Source: Azolla caroliniana
Taxonomy: Eukaryota; Plantae; Polypodiophyta
Direction: 5' to 3'
Assembly (NCBI GenBank): GCA_043228905.1
Contig: JBHGNT010000023.1
Span: forward strand, 434,001-498,000
Length of the DNA: 64,000 bases
Position 1 is the stretch's first letter, and every line of letters starts with the position of its first letter. Both the position numbers and the translations under genes were made by a program. Under the pieces are notes generated by a model. That model made no database searches, was not told where the DNA came from, and saw only the letters and a list, made by a program, of their open reading frames with translations. This document shows positions 12,050 through 24,430 of the stretch, piece by piece.

Positions 12050-14225
12050 TCGAGAGACATGAAGAAATTAGTAAATTAGGGGAGGGAGTTGATAAGAGCG
12101 CGTGAGTAAATTAAAATGTTCATACCTGGCTCGTGTGATCCCGGATTTTTGTGTTCAACGATGCCAATCGAAGCTAACAATACTAGTTATGATATGGAAT
12201 TAAAAAATCAAGATTTTGAAACTCAGGTCGAGAGACATGAAGAAATTAGTAAATTAGGGGAGGGAGTTGAGAAGAGCGCGTGAGTAAATTAAAATGTTCA
12301 TAGCTGGATCGTGTGATATCGGATTTTTGTGTTCAGAGATGCGAATCGAAGCTAACAACACTAGCTATGATATGGAATTAAAAAATCAAGATTTTGAAAC
12401 TCAGGTCGAGAGACATGAAGAAATTAGTAAAGTAGGGGAGGGAGTTGAGAAGAGCGCATTAGTAAATTAAAATGTTCATACCTGGCTCTTGTGATATCGG
12501 ATTTTAGTGTTCAAAAAAGCTCAAAGAAGCTAACAACACTAGCTATGATATGGAATTAAAAAATCAAAATTTCGAAACTTGGGTCGAGAGACATGAAGAA
12601 ATTAGTAAATTAGGGGAGGGAGTTGAGAAGAGCGCGTGAGTAAATTAAAATGTTCATAGCTGGCTCGTGTGATATCGGATTTCTGTGTTCAAACATGCGA
12701 ATTGAAGCTAACAACACTTTCTATGATATGGAATTAAAAAATCGAGATTTCGAAACTTGGGTCGAGAGACATGAAGAAATTAGTAAATTAGGGGAGGAAG
12801 TTGATAAGAGAGCGTGAGTAAATTAAAATGTTCATACCTGGCTCGTGTGATACCGGATTTTTGTGTTCAAAGATGCGAATCGAAGCTAACAACACTAGCT
12901 ATGATATGGAATTAAAAAATCAAGATTTTGAGACTAAGGTCGAGAGACATGAAGAAATTAGTAAATTAGGGGAGGGAGTTGAGAAGAGCGCGTGAGTAAA
13001 TTAAAATGTTCATAGCTGGCTCGTGTGATATCGGATTTTTGTGTTCAAACATGCGAATCGAAGCTAACAACACTTGCTATGATATGGATTTAAAAAATCA
13101 AGATTTTGAAACTCAGGTCGAGAGACATGAAGAAATTAGTAAATTAGGGGAGGGAGTTGATAAGAGCGCGTGAGTAAATTAAAATGTTCATACCTGGCTC
13201 GTGTGATCCCGGATTTTTGTGTTCAAAGATGCCAATCGAAGCTAACAATACTAGTTATGATATGGAATTAAAAAATCAAGATTTTGAAACTCAGGTCGAG
13301 AGACATGAAGAAATTAGTAAATTAGGGGAGGGAGTTGAGAAGAGCGCGTGAGTAAATTAAAATGTTCATAGCTGGATCGTGTGATATCGGATTTTTGTGT
13401 TCAGAGATGCCAATCGAAGCTAACAACACTAGCTATGATATGGAATTAAAAAATCAAGATTTTGAAACTCAGGTCGAGAGACATGAAGAAATTAGTAAAG
13501 TAGGGAGGGAGTTGAGAAGAGCGCATGAGTAAATTAAAATGTTCATACCTGGCTCTTGTGATATCGGATTTTAGTGTTCAAAAAAGCTCAAAGAAGCTAA
13601 CAACACTAGCTATGATATGGAATTAAAAAATCAAAATTTCGAAACTTGGGTCGAGAGACATGAAGAAATTAGTAAATTAGGGGAGGGAGTTGAGAAGAGC
13701 GCGTGAGTAAATTAAAATGTTCATAGCTGGCTCGTGTGATATCGGATTTTTGTGTTCAAACATGCGAATCGAAGCTAACAACACTTTCTATGATATGGAA
13801 TTAAAAAATCGAGATTTCGACACTTGGGTCGAGAGACATGAAGAAATTAGTAAATTAGGGGAGGAAGTTGATAAGAGAGCGTGAGTAAATTAAAATGTTC
13901 ATACCTGGCTCGTGTGATACCGGATGTTTGTGTTCAAAGATGCGAATCGAAGCTAACAACACTAGCTATGATATGGAATTAAAAAATCAAGATTTTGAGA
14001 CTAAGGTCGAGAGACATGAAGAAATTAGTAAATTAGGGGAGGGAGTTGAGAAGAGCGCGTGAGTAAATTAAAATGTTCATAGCTGGCTCGTGTGATATCG
14101 GATTTTTGTGTTCAAACATGCGAATCCAAGCTAACAACACTTGCTATGATATGGATTTAAAAAATCAAGATTTTGAAACTCAGGTCGAGAGACATGAAGA
14201 AATTAGTAAATTAGGGGAGGGAGTT
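12050..14225 (+). repeat. Tandem 6-mer duplication (1067-1068 bp)
   Basis: Private variants GCTGGATC, AAAAAAGCTCAAAGAAGC, ATCGAGATTTCG and GATAAGAGAGC each occur twice, about 1068 bp apart. Confidence 0.85.
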
Positions 14226-17200
14226 GAGAAGAGCGCGTGAGTAAATTAAAATGTTCATACCTGGCTCGTGTGATATCGGATTTTTCTGTTCAGAGATGCG
14301 AATCGAAGCTAACAACACTTGGTATGATATGGAATTAAAAAATCAAGATTTTGAGACTAAGGTCGAGACACATCAAGAAATTAGTAAATTAGGGGAGGGA
14401 GTTGATAAGAGCGCGTGAGTAAATTAAAATGTTCATACCTGGCTCGTGTGATCCCGGATTTTTGTGTTCAAAGATGCCAATCGAAGCTAACAAGACTAGT
14501 TACGATATGGAATTAAAAAATCAAGATTTTGAAACTCAGGTCGAGAGACATGAAGAAATCAGTAAATTAGGGGAGGGAGTTGAGAAGAGCGCGTGAGTAA
14601 ATTAAAATGTTCATAGCTGGCTCGTGTGATATCGGATTTTTGTGTTCAAACATGCGAATCGAAGCTAACAACACTTGCTATGATATGGAATTAAAAAATC
14701 AAGATTTTGTAACTCAGGTCGAGAGACATGAAGAAATTAGGAAAGTAGGGGAGGGAGTTGAGAAGAGCGCGTGAGTAAATTAAAATGTTCATAGCTGGCT
14801 CGTGTGATATCGGATTTTTGTGTTCAGAGATGCGAATCGAAGCTAACAACACTAGCTATGATATGGATTTAAAAAATCAAGATTTTCAAACTTGGGTCGA
14901 GAGACATGAAGAAATTAGTAAATTAGAGGAGGGTGTTGACGAGAGCGCGTGAGTAAATTAAAATGTTCATAGCTGGCTCGTGTGATATCGGATTTTAGTG
15001 TTCAAACATGCGAATCGAAGCTAACAACACCAACTATGATATGGAATTAAAAAATCAAGATTTTGAGACTAAGGTCGAGAGACATGAAGAAATTAGTAAA
15101 TTAGGGGAGGGAGTTGATAAGAGCGCGTGAGTAAATTAAAATGTTCATACCTGGCTCGTGTGATCCCGGATTTTTGTGTTCAAAGATGCCAATCGAAGCT
15201 AACAATACTAGTTATGATATGGAATTAAAAAATCAAGATTTTGAAACTCAGGTCGAGAGACATGAAGAAATTAGTAAATTAGGGGAGGGAGTTGAGAAGA
15301 GCGCGTGAGTAAATTAAAATGTTCATACCTGGCTCGTGTGATATCGGATTTTTGTGTTCAGAGATGCGAATCGAAGCTAACAACACTTGGTATGATATGG
15401 AATTAAAAAATCAAGATTTTGAGACTAAGGTCGAGAGACATCAAGAAATTAGTAAATTAGGGGAGGGAGTTGATAAGAGCGCGTGAGTAAATTAAAATGT
15501 TCATACCTGGCTCGTGTGATCCCGGATTTTTGTGTTCAAAGATGCCAATCGAAGCTAACAAGACTAGTTACGATATGGAATTAAAAAATCAAGATTTTGA
15601 AACTCAGGTCGAGAGACATGAAGAAATTAGTAAATTAGGGGAGGGAGTTGAGAAGAGCGCGTGAGTAAATTAAAATGTTCATAGCTGGCTCGTGTGATAT
15701 CGGATTTTTGTGTTCAAACATGCGAATCGAAGCTAACAACACTTGCTATGATATGGAATTAAAAAATCAAGATTTTGAAACTCAGGTCGAGAGACATGAA
15801 GAAATTAGTAAAGTAGGGGAGGGAGTTGAGAAGAGCGCCTGAGTAAATTAAAATGTTCATAGTTGGCTCGTGTGATATCGGATTTTTGTGTTCAGAGATG
15901 CGAATCGAAGCTAACAACACTAGCTATGATATGGAATTAAAAAATCAAGATTTTGAAACTCACGTCGAGAGACATGAAGAAATTAGTAAATTAGAGGAGG
16001 GTGTTGACAAGAGCGCATGAGTAAATTAAAATGTTCATACCTGGCTCTTGTGATATCGGATTTTAGTGTTCAAAGATGCCAATCGAAGCTAACAACACTA
16101 GCTATGATATGGAATTAAAAAATCAAGATTTTGAAACTTGGGTCGAGAGACATGAAGAAATTAGTAAATTAGAGGAGGGTGTTGACGAGAGCGCGTGAGT
16201 AAATTAAAATGTTCATAGCTGGCTCGTGTGATATCGGATTTTAGTGTTCAAACATGCGAATCGAAGCTAACAACACCAACTATGATATGTAATTAAAAAA
16301 TCAAGATTTTGAGACTAAGGTCGAGAGACATGAAGAAATTAGTAAATTAGGGGAGGGAGTTGATAAGAGCGCGTGAGTAAATTAAAATGTTCATACCTGG
16401 CTCGTGTGATCCCGGATTTTTGTGTTCAAAGATGCCAATCGAAGCTAACAATACTAGTTATGATATGGAATTAAAAAATCAAGATTTTGAAACTCAGGTC
16501 GAGAGACATGAAGAAATTAGTAAATTAGGGGAGGGAGTTGAGAAGAGCGCGTGAGTAAATTAAAATGTTCATACCTGGCTCGTGTGATATCGGATTTTTG
16601 TGTTCAGAGATGCGAATCGAAGCTAACAACACTTGGTATGATATGGAATTAAAAAATCAAGATTTTGAGACTAAGGTCGAGAGACATCAAGAAATTAGTA
16701 AATTAGGGGAGGGAGTTGATAAGAGCGCGTGAGTAAATTAAAATGTTCATACCTGGCTCGTGTGATCCCGGATTTTTGTGTTCAAAGATGCCAATCGAAG
16801 CTAACAAGACTAGTTACGATATGGAATTAAAAAATCAAGATTTTGAAACTCAGGTCGAGAGACATGAAGAAATTAGTAAATTAGGGGAGGGAGTTGAGAA
16901 GAGCGCGTGAGTAAATTAAAATGTTCATAGCTGGCTCGTGTGATATCGGATTTTTGTGTTCAAACATGCGAATCGAAGCTAACAACACTTGCTATGATAT
17001 GGAATTAAAAAATCAAGATTTTGAAACTCAGGTCGAGAGACATGAAGAAATTAGTAAAGTAGGGGAGGGAGTTGAGAAGAGCGCCTGAGTAAATTAAAAT
17101 GTTCATAGCTGGCTCGTGTGATATCGGATTTTTGTGTTCAGAGATGCGAATCGAAGCTAACAACACTAGCTATGATATGGATTTAAAAAATCAAGATTTT

Positions 17201-20200
17201 CAAACTTGGGTCGAGAGACATGAAGAAATTAGTAAATTACAGGAGGGTGTTGACGAGAGCGCGTGAGTAAATTAAAATGTTCATAGCTGGCTCGTGTGAT
17301 ATCGGATTTTCGTGTTCAAACATGCGAATCGAAGCTAACAACACCAACTATGATATGGAATTAAAAAATCAAGATTTTGAGACTAAGGTCGAGAGACATG
17401 AAGAAATTAGTAAATTAGGGGAGGGAGTTGATAAGAGCGCGTGAGTAAATTAAAATGTTCATACCTGGCTCGTGTGATCCCGGATTTTTGTGTTCAAAGA
17501 TGCCAATCGAAGCTAACAATACTAGTTATGATATGGAATTAAAAAATCAAGATTTTGAAACTCAAGTCGAGAGACATGAAGAAATTAGTAAATTAGGGGA
17601 GGGAGTTGAGAAGATCGCGTGAGTAAATTAAAATGTTCATAGCTGGCTCGTGTGATATCGGATTTTTGTGTTCAAACATGCGAATCGAAGCTAACAACAC
17701 TTGCTATGATATGGAATTAGAAAATCAAGATTTTGAAACTCAGGTCGAGAGACATGAAGAAATTAGTAAATTAGGGGAGGGAGTTGAGAAGAGCGCGTGA
17801 GTAAATTAAAATGTTCATAGCTGGCTCGTGTGATATCGGATTTTTGTGTTCAAACATGTGAATCGAAGCTAACAACACTTGCTATGATATGGAATTAAAA
17901 AATCAAGATTTTGAAACTCAGGTCGAGAGACATGAAGAAATTAGTAAAGTAGGGGAGGGAGTTGAGAAGAGCGCGTGAGTAAATTAAAATGTTCATAGTT
18001 GGCTCGTGTGATATCAGATTTTTGTGTTCAGAGATGCGAATCGAAGCTAACAACACTAGCTATGATATGGAATTAAAAAATCAAGATTTTCAAACTTGGG
18101 TCGAGAGACATGAAGAAATTAGTAAATTAGAGGAGGGTGTTGACAAGAGCGCATGAGTAAATTAAAATGTTCATACCTGGCTCTTGTGATATCGGATTTT
18201 AGTGTTCAAAGATGCCAATCGAAGCTAACAACACTAGCTATGATATGGAATTAAAAAATCAAGATTTTGAAACTTGGGTCGAGAGACATGAAGAAATTAG
18301 TAAATTAGAGGAGGGTGTTGACGAGAGCGCGTGAGTAAATTAAAATGTTCATAGCTGGCTCGTGTGATATCGGATTTTTGTGTTCAAACATGCGAATCGA
18401 AGCTAACAACACCAACTATGATATGGAATTAAAAAATCAAGATTTTGAGACTAAGGTCGAGAGACATGAAGAAATTAGTAAATTAGGGGAGGGAGTTGAT
18501 AAGAGCGCGTGAGTAAATTAAAATGTTCATACCTGGCTCGTGTGATCCCGGATTTTTGTGTTCAAAGATACCAATCGAAGCTAACAATACTAGTTATGAT
18601 ATGGAATTAAAAAATCAAGATTTTGAAACTCAGGTCGAGAGACATGAAGAAATTAGTAAATTAGGGGAGGGAGTTGAGAAAAACGCGTGAGTAAATTAAA
18701 ATGTTCATAGCTGGCTCGTGTGATATCGGATTTTTGTGTTCAAACATGCGAATCGAAGCTAACAACACTTGCTATGATATGGATTTAAAAAATCAAGATT
18801 TTGAAACTCAGGTCGAGAGACATGAAGAAATTAGTAAATTAGGGGAGGGAGTTGAGAAGAGCGCGTGAGTAAATTAAAATGTTCATAGCTGGCTCGTGTG
18901 ATATCGGATTTTTGTGTTCAAACATGCGAATCGAAGCTAACAACACTTGCTATGATATGGAATTAAAAAATCAAGATTTTGAAACTCAGGTCGAGAGACA
19001 TGAAAAAATTAGTAAATTAGGGGAGGGAGTTGAGAAGAGCGCGTGAGTAAATTAAAATGTTCATACCTGGCTCTTGTGATATCGGATTTTAGTGTTGAAA
19101 GATGCCAATCGAAGCTAACAACACTAGCTATGATATGGAATTAAAAAATCAAGATTTTGAAACTTGGGTCGAGAGACATGAAGAAATTAGTAAATTAGAG
19201 GAGGGTGTTGACGAGAGCGCGTGAGTAAATTAAAATGTTCATAGCTGGCTCGTGTGATATCGGATTTTTGTGTTCAAACATGCGAATCGAAGCTAACAAC
19301 ACTTGCTATGATATGGAATTAAAAAATCAAGATTTTGAAACTCAGGTCGAGAGACATGAAGAAATTAGTAAAGTAGGGGAGGGAGTTGAGAAGAGCGCGT
19401 GAGTAAATTAAAATGTTCATAGCTGGCTCGTGTGATATCGGATTTTTGTGTTCAAACATGCGAATCGAAGCTAACAACACTTGCTATGATATGGAATTAA
19501 AAAATCAAGATTTTGAAACTCAGGTCGAGAGACATGAAGAAATTAGTAAAGTAGGGGAGGGAGTTGAGAAGAGCGCGTGAGTAAATTAAAATGTTCATAG
19601 CTGGCTCGTGTGATATCGGATTTTTGTGTTCAGAGATGCGAATCGAAGCTAACAACACTAGCTATGATATGGAATTAAAAAATCAAGATTTTCAAACTTG
19701 GGTCGAGAGACATGAAGAAATTAGTAAATTAGAGGAGGGTGTTGACGAGAGCGCATGAGTAAATTAAAATGTTCATAGCTGGCTCGTGTGATATCGGATT
19801 TTAGTGTTCAAACATGCGAATCGAAGCTAACAACACCAACTATGATATGGAATTAAAAAATCAAGATTTTGAGACTAAGGTCGAGAGACATGAAGAAATT
19901 AGTAAATTAGGGGAGGGAGTTGATAAGAGCGCGTGAGTAAATTAAAATGTTCATACCTGGCTCGTGTGATCCCGGATTTTTGTGTTCAAAGATGCCAATC
20001 GAAGCTAACAATACTAGTTATGATATGGAATTAAAAAATCAAGATTTTGAAACTCACGTCGAGAGACATGAAGAAATTAGTAAATTAGGGGAGGGAGTTG
20101 AGAAGAGCGCGTGAGTAAATTAAAATGTTCATAGCTGGCTCGTGTGATATCGGATTTTTGTGTTCAAACATGCGAATCGAAGCTAACAACACCTACTATG

Positions 20201-21059
20201 ATATGGAATTAAAAAATCAAGATTTTCAAACTCAGGTCGAGAGACATGAAGAAATTAGTAAATTAGGGGAGGGAGTTGAGAAGAGCGCGTGAGTAAATTA
20301 AAATGTTCATAGCTGGCTCGTGTGATATCGGATTTTTGTGTTCAAACAGGTGAATCGAAGCTAACAACACTTGCTATGATATGGAATTAAAAAATCAAGA
20401 TTTTGAAACTCAGGTCGAGAGACATGAAGAAATTAGTAAAGTAGGGGAGGGAGTTGAGAAGAGCGCGTGAGTAAATTAAAATGTTCATAGTTGGCTCGTG
20501 TGATATCGGATTTTTGTGTTCAGAGATGCGAATCGAAGCTAACAACACTAGCTATGATATGGAATTGAAAAATCAAGATTTTGAAACTCAGGTCGAGAGA
20601 CATGAAGAAATTAGTAAATTAGAGGAGGGTGTTGACAAGAGCGCATGAGTAAATTAAAATGTTCATACCTGGCTCTTGTGATATCGGATTTTAGTGTTCA
20701 AAGATGCCAATCGAAGCTAACAACACTAGCTATGATATGGAATTAAAAAATCAAGATTTTGAAACTTGGGTCGAGAGACATGAAGAAATTAGTAAATTAG
20801 AGGAGGGTGTTGACGAGAGCGCGTGAGTAAATTAAAATGTTCATAGCTGGCTCGTGTGATATCGGATTTTTGTGTTCAAACATGCGAATCGAAGCTAACA
20901 ACACCAACTATGATATGGAATTAAAAAATCAAGATTTTGAGACTCAGGTCGAGAGACATGAAGAAATTAGTAAAGTAGGGGAGGCAGTTGAGAAGAGCGC
21001 ATGAGTAAATTAAAATGTTCATACCTGGCTCTTGTGATATCGGATTTTAGTGTTCAAAG

Positions 21060-24000
21060 ATGCCAATCGAAGCTAACAATACTAGTTACGATATGGAATT
21101 AAAAAATCAAGATTTTGAAACTCAGGTCGAGAGACATGAAGAAATTAGTAAATTAGGGGAGGGAGTTGAGAAGAGCGCGTGAGTAAATTAAAATGTTCAT
21201 AGCTGGCTCGTGTGATATCGGATTTTTGTGTTCAAACATGCGAATCGAAGCTAACAACACTTGCTATGATATGGAATTAAAAAATCAAGATTTTGAAACT
21301 CAGGTCGAGAGACATGAAGAAATTAGTAAAGTAGGGGAGGCAGTTGAGAAGAGCGCATGAGTAAATTAAAATGTTCATACCTGGCTCTTGTGATATCGGA
21401 TTTTAGTGTTCAAAGATGCCAATCGAAGCTAACAACACTAGCTATGATATGGAATTAAAAAATCAAAATTTGGAATCTTGGGTCGAGAGACATTAAGAAA
21501 TTAGTAAATTAGGGGAGGGAGTTGAGAAAAGCGCGTGAGTAAATTAAAATGTTCATAGCTGGCTCGTGTGATATCGGATTTTTGTGTTCAAACATGCGAA
21601 TCGAAGCTAACAACACTTGCTATGATATGGAATTAAAAAATCAAGATTTTGAAACTCAGGTCGAGAGACATGAAGAAATTAGTAAAGTAGGGGAGGGAGT
21701 TGAGAAGAGCGCGTGAGTAAATTAAAATGTTCATAGTTGGCTCGTGTGATATCGGATTTTTGTGTTCAGAGATGCGAATCGAAGCTAACAACACTAGCTA
21801 TGATATGGAATTAAAAAATCAAGATTTTGAAACTCAGGTCGAGAGACATGAAGAAATTAGTAAATTAGAGGAGGGTGTTGACAAGAGCGCATGAGTAAAT
21901 TAAAATGGTCATACCTGGCTCTTGTGGTATCGGATTTTAGTGTTCAAAGATGCCAATCGAAGCTAACAACACTAGCTATGATATGGAATTAAAAAATCAA
22001 GATTTTGAGACTAAGGTCGAGAGACATGAAGAAATTAGTAAATTAGAGGAGGGTGTTGACAAGAGCGCATGAGTAAATTAAAATGTTCATACCTGGCTCT
22101 TGTGATATCGGATTTTAGTGTTCAAAGATACCAATCGAAGCTAAGAACACTAGCTATGATATGGAATTAAAAAATCAAGATTTCGAAACTTGGGTCGAGA
22201 GACATGAAGAAATTAGTAAATTAGGGGAGGGTGTTGACAAGAGCGCATGAGTAAATTAAAATGTTCATACCTGGCTCTTGTGATATCGGATTTTAGTGTT
22301 CAAAGATGCCAATCGAAGCTAACAACACTAGCTATGATATGGAATTAAAAAATCAAGATTTTGAAACTTGGGTCGAGAGACATGAAGAAATTAGTAAATT
22401 AGAGGAGGGTGTTGACGAGAGCGGGTGAGTAAATTAAAATGTTCATAGCTGGCTCGTGTGATATCGGATTTTAGTGTTCAAACATGCGAATCGAAGCTAA
22501 CAACACCAACTATGATATGGAATTAAAAAATCAAGATTTTGAGACTAAGGTCGAGAGACATGAAGAAATTAGTAAATTAGGGGAGGGAGTTGATAAGAGC
22601 GCGTGAGTAAATTAAAATGTTCATACCTGGCTCGTGTGATCCCGGATTTTTGTGTTCAAAGATGCCAATCGAAGCTAACAATACTAGTTATGATATGGAA
22701 TTAAAAAATCAAGATTTTGAAACTCAGGTCGAGAGACATGAAGAAATTAGTAAATTAGGGGAGGGAGTTGAGAAGAGCGCGTGAGTAAATTAAAATGTTC
22801 ATAGCTGGCTCGTGTGATATCGGATTTTTGTGTTCAAACATGCGAATCGAAGCTAACAACACTTGCTATGATATGGAATTAAAAAATCAAGATTTTGAAA
22901 CTCAGGTCGAGAGACATGAAGAAATTAGTAAAGTAGGGGAGGCAGTTGAGAAGAGCGCATGAGTAAATTAAAATGTTCATACCTGGCTCTTGTGATATCG
23001 GATTTTAGTGTTCAAAGATGCCAATCGAAGCTAACAACACTAGCTATGATATGGAATTAAAAAATCAAAATTTCGAATCTTGGGTCGAGAGACATTAAGA
23101 AATTAGTAAATTAGGGGAGGGAGTTGAGAAAAGCGCGTGAGTAAATTAAAATGTTCATAGCTGGCTCGTGTGATATCGGATTTTTGTGTTCAAACATGCG
23201 AATCGAAGCTAACAACACTTGCTATGATATGGAATTAAAAAATCAAGATTTTGAAACTCAGGTCGAGAGACATGAAGAAATTAGTAAAGTAGGGGAGGGA
23301 GTTGAGAAGAGCGCGTGAGTAAATTAAAATGTTCATAGTTGGCTCGTGTGATATCGGATTTTTGTGTTCAGAGATGCGAATCGAAGCTAACAACACTAGC
23401 TATGATATGGAATTAAAAAATCAAGATTTTGAAACTCAGGTCGAGAGACATGAAGAAATTAGTAAATTAGAGGAGGGTGTTGACAAGAGCGCATGAGTAA
23501 ATTAAAATGGTCATACCTGGCTCTTGTGGTATCGGATTTTAGTGTTCAAAGATGCCAATCGAAGCTAACAACACTAGCTATGATATGGAATTAAAAAATC
23601 AAGATTTTGAGACTAAGGTCGAGAGACATGAAGAAATTAGTAAATTAGAGGAGGGTGTTGACAAGAGCGCATGAGTAAATTAAAATGTTCATACCTGGCT
23701 CTTGTGATATCGGATTTTAGTGTTCAAAGATACCAATCGAAGCTAACAACACTAGCTATGATATGGAATTAAAAAATCAAGATTTCGAAACTTGGGTCGA
23801 GAGACATGAAGAAATTAGTAAATTAGGGGAGGGTGTTGACAAGAGCGCATGAGTAAATTAAAATGTTCATACCTGGCTCTTGTGATATCGGATTTTAGTG
23901 TTCAAAGATGCCAATCGAAGCTAACAACACTAGCTATGATATGGAATTAAAAAATCAAGATTTTGAAACTTGGGTCGAGAGACATGAAGAAATTAGTAAA

Positions 24001-24430
24001 TTAGAGGAGGGTGTTGACGAGAGCGCGTGAGTAAATTAAAATGTTCATAGCTGGCTCGTGTGATATCGGATTTTAGTGTTCAAACATGCGAATCGAAGCT
24101 AACAACACCAACTATGATATGGAATTAAAAAATCAAGATTTTGAGACTAAGGTCGAGAGACATGAAGAAATTAGTAAATTAGGGGAGGGAGTTGATAAGA
24201 GCGCGTGAGTAAATTAAAATGTTCATACCTGGCTCGTGTGATCCCGGATTTTTGTGTTCAAAGATGCCAATCGAAGCTAACAATACTAGTTATGATATGG
24301 AATTAAAAAATCAAGATTTTGAAACTCAGGTCGAGAGACATGAAGAAATTAGTAAATTAGGGGAGGGAGTTGAGAAGAGCGCGTGAGTAAATTAAAATGT
24401 TCATAGCTGGCTCGTGTGATATCGGATTTT
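21060..24430 (+). repeat. Tandem 9-mer duplication (1602 bp)
   Basis: TAAAATGGTC at 21901 and 23503; GAATCTTGGG and CATTAAG variants repeat at the same period. Confidence 0.8.
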
